In this document: positions 12,338 to 22,748 of the stretch, in pieces
Layout of the letters: each line of letters starts with the position of its first letter
Numbering within the stretch: position 1 is the stretch's first letter
From: Takakia lepidozioides
Taxonomy: Eukaryota; Plantae; Bryophyta
Assembly: GCA_030704615.1 (NCBI GenBank)
Contig: CM060733.1
Span: forward strand, 23,498,001 to 23,562,000
DNA: 64,000 nucleotides
Reading direction: 5' to 3'
The notes under the pieces: model-generated
Told to the model about the DNA's origin: nothing
The model's input: the letters and a program-made list of their open reading frames with translations, nothing else
Database searches by the model: none
Program-made: the position numbers and the translations under genes

Positions 12338-13058
12338 TGAATGTCGTTGACGACATTCACTTCTTTGTCTGAGTCATTCTTAAGCGAGTATATGAATTCA
12401 CCTGGTTAGGATCTAAGGGTGTAATTATAGTGTCCTTGATTAGAATTGATAATGTCCTTGAATGGCGTTGACGACATTCACATCCGGAGTTGTTGAGAGG
12501 TCCTCAGAGTTATGTAAATTTTTGTAATTCCATAGAGGTTACAGTGAGGGTTCCTCACTTCATATTGCTGAATGTCAATGCAGACATTCAGTTGTTCTGC
12601 ATTGTTTTTGCCTCTTGCGAGGAATCTGGAGGCTTGATAAGCTCTGTTATGAGAAATCCAAAGTGAATGTCGTTGACGACATTCACTTCTGTGTCTGTAT
12701 TATTCAACAACGACAATTTGAATTTACATGGATTGGGAGCTAAGTAATTGGTTCCTTGTTGGTATTTTTGTGAATGGCGTTGACGCCATTCACATACAGT
12801 GTTGTTGTGAGGTCCTCAGTGATATGTTCGTTATGAATGTGCATTGAGTTTTCCTGGAGGGTTCCTTACTCGAGTTTATGATTTCCATCCTGTGATTTTG
12901 CTTCATTTGAGGAATAATTAGGCTTGATTAGTGAATGTCGTTGACGACATTCACTTCTATGTCTGTGTCATTCCAAAACGATAGTTTGCATTCACCTGGA
13001 TAGGGTGTATTTACAGTATCATTGAATGGAATGTTTTGAATGGCGTTGACGACATTCA
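12338..13058. repeat. Array of seven 22-bp palindromes TGAATG(T/G)CGTTGACG(A/C)CATTCA in a long intron
   Basis: Copies start at 12338, 12459, 12569 (variant core), 12664, 12771, 12932 and 13037. Start-to-start spacing 95-161 bp. Confidence 0.9.
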
Positions 13059-16000
13059 CATCTGGAGCATTCGTGTGGTCTGAAAGGTCCTTGGAGCAGT
13101 TCTCAGAGCCATTTCAATCTATGTTTTTTTCATTCTGTTCTACTTGCATCTTACTCACTGAGCGCTTTTGTGGGTTGGGATTTATCTCTTTTTTCAGGTA
13201 CACGAAATATGTGCTTATGGAAGGAAATCACCTGAGCGGAATTCCAGACTATCTTGACATGTGGTCGGACCCTGCAAACGATCCAACCATGTATACTGCA
13301 GGGATATTGAAGGACTGGAGTCCTTCTCACTTCAGAGACTGTGGGTGGTACCTTGACTGCCCACCGGAGCACACGACCTTTCAAGAACAGCATATGAAAT
13401 ACTTGAACAATAACGCTGAGATGCTGGCGCCTTTGACTGACGAAGAGTACCAACGAAACATAGCAACATTGGCTGCCAAGGAGCCTGATGCTCAGGGAAC
13501 GCCGCAGAAGGGAAAGAAGGCGGGCCGCAAACCAAAAGACAAGGTTGTTGATGTCATAGCCATCTCACCAGCAAAGCCAAAGGACAAAGACAAGTCCAAA
13601 GAGAAGGAAAAGGACAAAGGGAAGGAGAAAGAAAAGGAGATGGAGAGTGGGCAAGACTTTACTGCTGGAAGATATACCCGCACTGTTCAGTGCGTGTTCG
13701 ATGCCAAGCCACACCCTTCCCGTTCTGATTCGGCAGGAGAGATGAAAATTGTTAATGAGGGTTGGCTGTCGATGATGCAGAGTCGAAAGAGAGGATACAC
13801 TGGGGTGCCATCGCCTACCTGGGACAATATAATCTCATTCCTCAATCTGGTGAGAATTCCAGTTTCTTTCCTTTTTCTCTGAAAGTTTCGTTGGCAGTAT
13901 TTCAGTCTCGTTCTTTGAAAACATTCTTGCTTTCGTTCTTATAAAAAACATGTCTATGCGGCCGACATTGTCATTCTCGATATTCCGGATGGCCAGGCTA
14001 TGCCAGAAGTTCTTCCAAAGGGCAAGACGCCAGGCTGGAACAAATTCGAGGACAACTACTGGAGTTGGGTGTTCGGGTTTTGTAATAACTTCCTCTCTGA
14101 TGCAGGGACACTTCTGCTTTTTCAGTCATGTGACAATGATAGTCGTCGGGCATTGGCATCATACCTCAAGTCTTCAAGGTTTGAAGTTTTGCGCACATGG
14201 AATTGTGTGAACAGCCTCTACCTTGTGAAAGGGGTTTCCCTGGTCAGCTGGTATGTCGTCTCCCTTCTGCTTGTGCTTTCATGATGAGTTTCAATGTTCT
14301 CTGCAGCTCCACTCTAGTAGAATCTGTTATGATCGACAATGATCATCACCGATTCGTGATAAAAATGATTTTTTTGTGTCTGAGTTCTGAATAGCCGATG
14401 TACACACTTCCACTATAGATTGTGTTTACCACACTAACCTGCTATCTTTGGCAGACGAGGATGTTCGAGGCGATCTGCCTGCGGAGGATTCGCACCTCAA
14501 AGACACCATCCTCCATCCGCAGCTTTGAGATTTTTGACCAGGGTTGTTTCGTCAACCCCCCCTATGAGCCCCATGTCGATGACATTTTGTACAACTTCAT
14601 GCAGTCCAGTCAGACTCTGAAGAGACCAGATGGCACTCCCTGGAGAGGTGCAAAGGAAAAGTCCCCAGCGTTCATGCAAATACTGCTGGAGTCATGCAGC
14701 CACCGCTCTGCACGGGTGGTTGATCTTTCTGTGTCCACAAGTTCGTTCTTTCCCTTCCGAATTGGTTTTCTTTCAACAGTTTCATCTGCTTAAATCCCCC
14801 CCACCAAACTGTTCATGTCCTCCTGTGTGGTGCAGGAGCAACTTACCATGCATGCAAGGCAGGCGGAAGAAGCCTTTTTGGCATAGAGGGTGATTCTGAC
14901 CTCTACAATACAGTGCTCCTCCCCCTTTTGTCTGGCTCCACTTCAGGCACACAGACTGATCGGATTCAAATTCGAAATGATGACGATCCCGAAAATAAGC
15001 AGGTCGACAACGACTTTTCATGTGAGTAAGTGCTAAACCCTCTTTGGGAGCCATACTCAATTTCTCAATAACATCAAAGTTACAGTAATAACTTTTTCAG
15101 GCTGTCTTTCAGGAAAGGCAGCGGTGGATCTTCAGGAGATACAGTCATTTCTAGCGAGTCTGTTTTCGACAGCCCCCTTTCCAATTTTCTGCTTCCTGTT
15201 TATGCCGAAGCAATGGCACTTCACGCGGCTGAGTCCCTATCCCTTGATTTTTTAGTGGCCAGCCGTAGGTGTATCCAGCGTGGATCCGGTGTTCTAAAAT
15301 ACATAGACTTAGATGCAGAGGAAGCGGGGATACATTGTACTGACTCTGAGTCAGACTGAACTGTATTCTTTTAATATTTATTTTCATACTATCTGGAAAA
15401 CGTTGAATCCCCTTCCTCCACCGTAGTTGTTCCTTTAGAACAAATAATAATCACATAATCAACTTTCATTTAAATTGCAATATGTATGAATCCATCTCAC
15501 AAACCTCCCTGACTCTTCTCATATCCATTGTGCATTCATCTACAGTGTATTCATGTGTGCTCCATTCATGATTTTTTTCCTTTGTTCAACATCCATTGTA
15601 CATTCATCCTCTGTACTCTTTAATCCACCCCACAAACCTTCCACACTCATTTCATATACGTTGTGCATTCGTCAAAGTTTTGGTCATGCATCTTCCTATC
15701 ATGAATTTTTGTCATTGCTTAACATCCATTATACATTCATCTATTTTACTCTTATCCATCCCTCATTCATCCATCTATATTCATTTTTCACACTCATACA
15801 TCTGTTTATCATCCAACTGTACATTCATCCATCATTTATTCAATGCCTTTTATTATGTCGTCCAGCTTGTTTCCGCGGTAAATGGTGCCAATCCGCGGGA
15901 ATACACTCCACTTCTTTCTGGGCGCGTGGTGACGCGGCCTTCACGTGTGATGACGTGGAGTGAGCCCCGTGACGTGGCATTTGCGCAAGGTGACGTGGCG

Positions 16001-16065
16001 TGAGCGCAGTTGCGCTCACGCGCTCACGTGACCAGGCTCACGCCGAGGCATCCCTGTATCCGGAT

Positions 16066-16858
16066 GAAGGCATTTGTCTTCTGGACTTGTTTGGCGGGAT
16101 CGGCACCGGATTGGCTGCTGTGTTACAAGCAGGTGTACGAGTTTGGCGTTACCTGTATGTGGAGAGGGATGAGACTGCATGACGCGTTTCACTTCGTTAT
16201 GTTGCTCAGTTGGTGCAGCAATACCATGAGTTGTTGTCGGTGTCTGCAGTTTGTGGATATCATCAGGCCTTGCCAGCAGACATTTCGTTGCTAGGGCGCA
16301 TGATTTGGAGTAGGTTGGCTCCATTGATCTGGTAGTGGCAGGTTGGCCTTACCAAGGACATTCATCAGCCGGGCATGACAATGGATTATGAGACTCGAGG
16401 TCGGGTCTGTCTTGGGAGATGATGCGGGTTTTGCGCTACTTGCAGCTTCATCAAGCTGTATCTTCAGCATACATCTTGGAGAATGTGCCACTGATAGGCG
16501 ATTCTCGGGCCAGGGTGATGGCCAGTGTGCTTCAAGTCTGATCATGGCTTGGGTCCACAGTGTTGCTAGATGCAGCTACAGTGGGGTCACGGGCTCATCG
16601 TCCACGGTTATGGTGGACTAACTTGATGCCACCCGCACTGCTCAAGCGTGCATTTGATGGGGTGCAGCGGCCAGCACACCTCACAGTGGATAGCATTTTG
16701 GACACAGGGAGGCAGTCTCAGTGTGTGAGACATGATGACCGTTCGCCTTTGGTAGTGGTCAACAAAATGGGTCAACCACGAGCAACATTACTTACACTGC
16801 TCAGCTTCCCAAGATCGCATGCTTTCCGGGATAGTGGACCTGGCCTCCTGTGGGATGC
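16066..16858 (+). pseudogene. DNMT3-like C5-cytosine methyltransferase domain of Gypsy copy 1 (motifs I-VIII)
   Basis: ICLLDLFGGIGTG; YLYVERD; DLVVAGWPYQG; YILENV; SRAHRPRLWWTN. Confidence 0.85.
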
Positions 16859-17178
16859 TTGACACCACCTCTTGAGAAGGTTCCTGATGGAGATTGGTTA
16901 TGTCCACACTGCTTGGGATAGTGGCAGTGGACATGACTAAGGCAGCTAACAATACATGGGAGGCCAAGCTCATAGGAGTCAATACACGAGATCCCAGGCT
17001 CAAGTTCACAGGTTGCAAGAGGGCGACTAACGATGGGGCAACTCTTGCACCCGGCCTCTTGATCTGTCGAGTTTGAGTGAAGTAGGGACAGTGGTGGAGG
17101 ACTTAGTGAGGCTATGGTCCTATCGCATCTTGTGGCTACCTGGACTTAGAGGGACCTAAGCACCAGCTAGGGGGCCAA

Positions 17179-17839
17179 TTGTGTGGACTAGTGACTGCCA
17201 TAGTAGGCAGCATAGTAGCAGCCTAGTGACTGACTAGTTGTAGCCTAGTGGTTGGACTAGTGGTATACTAGTGTGTGTTGTGTGGTTTGGGACAGCGATG
17301 TAGTTGTGTAGCGATATGTATGCGCACGACAGCTGTCAAGTTATTTCACCACTAGTGTGAAACTAGCTAGGAAATAACTAGCTTTTACATATTGACATTT
17401 GGGATTGGCCCAAGTGTCAATCCAGGGGGTCAAGGCTGATTTAGGCCCTGGAGTGATTATCTTCACGGCAAGCGCGGGAGGCTCATCTTTCTCAAGTTGA
17501 GCCTCACCGCGCCTAGCTATGGCGCCGTAGTGTGGATTCCCCATGGTGTGGGGTGCACTTGGCTTGACTTGTATTTGAGTGATGAGTTTATATATGCATG
17601 AGTTTATGCTTCAGCTTTGTGAGCTCGCATGAGCTTGTGTTTGTATTCTTCTCCTTTATCATTGTGTGGATTAGTGACTGCCATAGTGGGCAGCATAGTG
17701 GCAGCCTAGTGACTGACTAGTTGTAGCCTAGTGGCTAGACTAGTGGCTAGACTAGTGGTATACTAGTGTGTGTTGTGCACATGTGTTGTGTGGTTTGGGA
17801 CAACGATGTAGTTGTGTAGCGATATGTATGCGCACTTCA
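17179..17839 (+). repeat. 3' terminal B1-A2-B2 repeat block of copy 1
   Basis: B (ACTAGT-rich) occurs twice, flanking A. Purine tract AGGGGG precedes B1. B1/A2 junction is GACA-GC-TGTC. Confidence 0.9.
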
Positions 17840-20800
17840 AAGCATTTGGTGTGATTTGTGAAAGAATCTCAAATCAAAAATTGAGGAGCATCAAAGCTTG
17901 CACTACTTCAAAGGCTGCATGGGACACTTTGAAACGGCTACATGAAGACAAAGGGTTGACAAATCGACTTCTACTTTGAAAGCGATTCATCAAATTAAAG
18001 AAAAATGCATTAGACACCATGCAAGTTCACATCAACAGAGTGACAGACTTGGCCGACGAGCTAGACTCTATAGGCGCAACAGTGGAAGATGAAGATCTGA
18101 TCATCACAATGTTGATGAATTTGCCGGAGAGCTATAGGACGCTTATCACAACATTGGAGTCCCTGAAGCCTGACGATCTAACGTGGGAACTGTTGACTAC
18201 CAGGCTACTTACGGAGGAATTGTCAAGAACAGTGGAAAGAGAAGAAAACACAGTTACAAAAGGAGAGGACGCTTTGATGGGGAGGAATAAATTCCAAAAA
18301 CAAGTACTTGTCCAGGATGACAACCAATCTGTCGAGAGATATGGAGGAAATTTAGAGGGTAAGGCAAGGTCCACTTGCAACTATTGTGGAAAACCATTTC
18401 ATTTTGCAAAAGAGTGTAGACTCTTGAAGGCAGATTGGAAGGCAAAGAAATGTAAGACAGTGGGGTGGAAGAAATACTGTGAAGAACGCTTCGGGCAATC
18501 AGCCAACTGGGCCAGTATGGAAGAAAATTTTGATGAAACATTTGCTTTAGTTTCAAATCTGGTTGAAGAGTTTTCAGCCACCACTGATGGGTATGCTTGG
18601 TACATAGATTCAGGAGCATCGGTACATCTGTCACATCGGAGAGAGTGGTTCACAGATTACCACCAAATTCCAGAGCGAAATATCTACATAGGAGATGATT
18701 CAATCCAAAGGGCAATTGGGAAATGGACTATTCACATGAATTTGATCCTATATGGAAAGAAAGTGAAGGCATGTTTGAAGGAGGTTTTGTACGTGTCGAA
18801 ACTCGCCAAGAATTTGTTCTCTGTAAGAAAAGTGACAGAGCAAGGCGCACATGTTGAGTTTATGAGAAGTGGTCGCTTAATCAAAAGCAAGGATGGAAGA
18901 ACCATTGGGCAAGGAATCCAAGACAAGAAGTTGTACAAACTGCAATGTACTGTCACTGTGGGACAGCAAGAGAAAGCGATGTTTCTTTCTCATGTTGTTG
19001 ATGAGAAAGAAACAAAGCTAAAACTATTGCATCTACGACTCGGGCATCTAGGAGTTGACGGTGTAAAACAGTTGATAAAAGACAAGATGGTGCATGGCTT
19101 GGACATTGGTACTACACAAATTCCAGTGTGCAAGGGGTGCATGATGGGAAAACAGAAAAGGAGATCATTTCCAAAAGACGGAGGCACACGCGCACGTGAT
19201 GTACTTGGGCTCATACATAGTGATGTATGGGGTCCAGCAAAGGTTCCGTCAATCGGTGGAAAGAGGTATATTATTCTAGAAAAAGTCGGTATGCTACTTC
19301 ATGACAAACAAAGCAGAAGTATTTTCGAAATTCAAAGAGTTTAAGTGTTTTACTGAAAAGCAGACAGGAAAAAAGATCAAAGCTCTGCGTAGCGACAACG
19401 GAGGGGAATATCTCTCAAGAGAGTTTGAAAGAAGAAGGAATAGCTTATCAAACTACAGCTCCGCAACAAAACGGTGTTGTTGAGAGATGAAATAGGACAT
19501 TGTAGAAGCAGCAAGATGTATGTTGTATCATAGTGGATTAGCTCTGAGATTTTGGGCAGAGGCTATTGCTACAGTTGTGTATTTGAGAATGAGGAGTCCT
19601 ACTAAAGCTGTTGTAGGAAAAACTCCCATTGAGATGTGGACAGGCAAAAAGCCATATGTTAATCATTTGATAACTTTTGGCAGTAAGGCTTATGTTCACA
19701 GACCAGATGCAACCAGAGCCAAGTTGGAGTCGAAAAGCAAAGTGTGCTTGATGGTGGGTTAAGTCCTCAGAAACTACAAAGGGATGGAAGCTGTATGATC
19801 CAATCACAAAGAAGATGATAATTTCCAGGGATGTTGTATTTGAAGAGAAGTTGGAAGAATCCCCTTCAACTACCAGGGAAGACTCCAGTGATCGCAGTGC
19901 ACCTGTTATTTTGGAGGATTCTGAGATTGAAGAGTTGCCCACTGAGACATTGATCGAGGAAACTCAAACACAGTTGAAAGAACCAGCGGAAGTCAGTGAA
20001 GAGCCAGAACAATCGTTAGGTGAAAAAAGATATACATGGATAAAAAAGGCACCAGCAAGATTGCTCTCTGATGAATATTTTGCATATTCAGCTAGTGTTC
20101 TTGAGGAGCCAACGAGCATGGAGGAAGCAATGGCTGGACCACATGCAAAATAGTGGGAGAAAGCTGCGCACGAAGAACTAGAGTCTATTCAGAAGAATCA
20201 GACTTGGAAATTGGTGGAGTTGCCAACAGGGACGAAAGCCATTGGATCAAAATGGGTATTTCGAATCAAGAGAAAATCTAATGGAGAGGTTGATAGATTC
20301 AAAGCCAGATTGGTGGCCAAGGATTATGCTCAAACAGTGGGGACAATTACCGGGAGACTTACGCTCCAGTAATTAAATCGGAATCTGTGAGGACTTTGTT
20401 GGCAGTGGGAGCTATTCTTGACTATGAGATCCACCATATGGATGTGAAATCAGCATTCTTGAACGGCGAGTTAGAAGAAGAAGTGTACATGGAATAGCCA
20501 TCAGGATTCAAAGCACCAGAGGGTAAGCATCTCGTGTGCAAGCTTCTTAATTCGTTTTTGGGTTGAAACCAGTGTTGTGCGGGTCCGGGTTTTGAAGGCG
20601 GGTACCCGACGGGTTAGGATCCGGGTTACCCGCACCCGCACCCGGACCCGCGTGCTGGGTCCAAAACCCGTTAAACTCGCTACCCGTGGGCCAATGTAGC
20701 AGGTAAGGGTCCGGGTCTTAAATTTAGATGGGGCATAGGGGGTCCACCTTAGATCTGGTAGGTTTTGTCATATGTGTGGAGGGGACGAGCAGCAATAGGC

Positions 20801-21560
20801 CGCAGCAGCCAGCCCCACCACGTTGTAGCCGAGTGGTAATGCCCACACACCACCTCAAAAGCGGTTGTGGGTTCAATCCCCGGAGTGGTGTCACAAAGTT
20901 GTGCCCTTTGGGACCATAATTTACACCTCCCAAAGGAGACGTCATATATTATTATTATGCCAGATCCCACACATCCATGCTATAGTGATCTACCCTTGAG
21001 GCATATTACTATTCTTAACATGTTTAAAGAATTGATATTGAGAAATAGAAAATGGAACTCAAACTTAATTTAATTCTTATTCATGGTATACATATTCATA
21101 TTCATGGTATATTTTGAAGGAATGTCTCTTAAAATAAAATTCATTATTAGGATTTAAATTTTTTCCAGCCAAAAATAAATTTATCCCTAATTAATCTTAA
21201 TTTTCTAATTTATTTAATCAATAAATTAGGACCCGGATCTGAACCCGTGAACCCGCTAATATTTCCCAACAACTACCTGGACCCTAACCCGAGTCCGTGT
21301 TGACAAACCCGGACCCGAACCCGGACCCGGATTTTCCAAATTTCAAAAACCCGGATCCGGACCCTGACTTGGCTCCGAAAAAAAACCCGCACCCGGACCC
21401 GGCGGGTTCCTTAAAAAGGCAGAACCCGCACAACACTGGTTGAAACAAGCTCCTAGGGTGTGGCATCGAAAAATCAATGATTTTCTCAAAAGACTAGGGT
21501 TTGAGCAGTCACAACCGGACAACAGTGTGTATGTTCTCGGAGAAAAAGGAGAAGATACTC
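17840..21560 (+). pseudogene. Copia gag-pol remainder (gag, CCHC, protease, GAG-pre-integrase, integrase, RT), frameshifted
   Basis: CNYCGKPFHFAKEC; WYIDSGASVH; HLRLGH; IHSDVWGP; LRSDNGGEY; FWAEA; FKARLVAK; MDVKSAFLNG; GLKQAPRVW. Confidence 0.9.
20570..21438. mobile_element. hAT-family non-autonomous element (MITE) in the Copia RT
   Basis: 15-bp TIR CAGTGTTGTGCGGGT. 8-bp TSD GTTGAAAC at 20562-20569 and 21439-21446. Many ACCCG/CGGGT subterminal motifs. Confidence 0.9.
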
Positions 21561-22665
21561 TTCGTGGGTTCGCAGACTTAGCTAGTAGTGACAACTTGTA
21601 CATAACTGTTAGAAAGGATTCGACACATCTGAACTTGAGGGATTCACTGACCTCAACTCTGTATATAGGATATGTTTTCAAACTTTGAAACTATGGTATG
21701 ATAGGCCAATTTCCGTGCTGAACTTCGTCTATGTCTCTACTCTCTCATCGAGTCTTCCTATGCTATATCTCTGAGCCTGACCATGACTGACCTAGATAGC
21801 TTACATGGAGGGAGTGTTTTGGGAAGTTTATGAGTCAAGGAGCGAACCATATGTATGCTACGACGCATTGCATGCATATAATAAAAGTGGAACTGTGTCG
21901 AAATTTCTCCAAAAGTTGGCCCCTAGAACCATTGCCTAACTGCTACGATGAATGGCTTGTAAGATTGGCCAGGATTCGATCTCCTAGCCATCCGAGATGT
22001 TATAAAACCAGGACAAAATTCTCAACAAGTCCTCGTTTAGAGCTCTCCAGTCAGCATACCCTCTGAAAGATAACCTGGCCCACGCATATGTGGATCGCTG
22101 AACTTTGTAATATGTATTCCAATCTGTGTCAGCTACCAGAAATGTGGTTGTTGGTGTTGAGAAAAACTTAAACGCGAATAATTGAAAAGCCAGCACGATG
22201 TCCAATGTTGAGCTACATTGATATAGTTTCTACTACCGGATTGTCTCACGACTTTTGGGCATTTGACGATTGTTTGTTTTCAACGTAGCACTTCAAGATG
22301 TAAAGATGAACAGATTCTCAGTTCATGATCTGTGGGCCGACTGGTTTTTCTCTAAAAGTACTTTGAAGTAGAGTTGGAACAGTCGTACAGCCTTCATATA
22401 TACAATTTGGTCTTCCCGACGGGCCCATGTCCTGTATTGCGAGGACTTCAGCTGATCTAGGTGACACTAGACAAAATATGAACTGAACGATTGCAGTCAC
22501 AAATTGTAGGTATTTTAAGTCCTTGATAGTCACAATTGGCGATAATTCTTGAAATTCTGCCCAGGGTTTGGCCGGGATTCAAGACTTGAGATGACAGTAT
22601 ATATATTTGATTGTAGACATAAGACGTTTAATTGGTGTTACAATGTCCACTTGTGTGTGCTGCAG

Positions 22666-22748
22666 GCGATTTGCAAAGAGACTTTCCGCTTGCACCCGAC
22701 CATTGCTCTTGGTGTTCCTCGCGTAAATGAAGAGGACACTACTGTTGG
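22666..22748 (+). pseudogene. Cytochrome P450 exon fragment (K-helix ExxR)
   Basis: Acceptor TGCAG, then AICKETFRLHPTIALGVPRVNEEDTTVG. Homology ends abruptly. Confidence 0.7.

Larger units (their letters stand above)
9495..15029 (+). pseudogene. Transposon cargo gene, ~9 exons: ParB/Srx-like domain + helical region + K/E linker + beta-class N4C/N6A DNA methyltransferase-like domain
   Basis: Predicted exons ~9495-9790, ~10507-11150, 11244-11436, 11521-11958, 12044-12255, 13199-13849, ~13946-14250, 14455-14740, 14836-15029, mostly with GT..AG ends. Motifs VRP..I.KL..D...GY / FYVWDGNHRLLAW; ADIVILDIPD; FLSDAGTLLLF; KEKSPAFMQILLESCS...VVDLSVST(R)ATYHACKAGGRSLFGIEGD. A few frameshifts and stops. 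Confidence 0.7.
4546..16056. mobile_element. Mutator-like (MULE) DNA transposon, 11.5 kb, with two divergent genes
   Basis: 9-bp TSD TATCCGGAT at 4537-4545 and 16057-16065. Imperfect TIR: CAACGACGCAATGGCGTGAGC vs reverse complement CAGGGATGCCTCGGCGTGAGC. Removing it restores the Gypsy frame WQYPD|EGICLLDLFGG. Confidence 0.9.
1933..17839 (+). mobile_element. DNMT/PHD-carrying Gypsy-type retroelement, copy 1 (internally deleted, interrupted by MULE)
   Basis: TG..CA ends. TSD AAGC at 1929-1932 and 17840-17843 (extendable to 5-6 bp). gag, zinc knuckle, protease, DNMT and PHD remnants. Repeats A1 1933-2259, B1 17179-17331, A2 17334-17661, B2 17662-17839. Confidence 0.9.
1457..21805 (+). mobile_element. 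Ty1/Copia LTR retrotransposon, degenerate, host of nested insertions
   Basis: 5' LTR TG..CA at 1457-1748. 3' LTR remnant ~21581-21805 (its first ~65 bp, RNase H and PPT are deleted). TSD TAGAG/TGGAG. gag-PR-INT-RT domain order. Confidence 0.9.

Noticed and set aside
12338-13058. CRISPR array
   Set aside because: The repeats are palindromic, but the spacers are 70-140 bp, uneven and homologous to each other. The array is in a spliceosomal intron and there are no cas genes.
13040-13198. N-terminus of the 280-aa ORF as real coding sequence
   Set aside because: It starts inside a palindrome copy and runs through a pyrimidine tract. The exon more likely starts after TTTTTTCAG at 13198.
14554-14565. 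NPPY as the catalytic motif IV of the cargo methyltransferase
   Set aside because: It lies in the variable region between the DIPD strand and motif X/I, not at the beta-class motif IV position. Possibly coincidental; needs a structure model.
15553-16003. Overlapping 135/136-aa ORFs
   Set aside because: Low-complexity CATTCATC-rich non-coding DNA near the MULE end.
1933-17839. DIRS/Ngaro tyrosine-recombinase retrotransposon
   Set aside because: The repeat layout is similar, but sister copies encode a Gypsy-type RT and rve DDE integrase, a TSD is present, and no YR motifs were seen.
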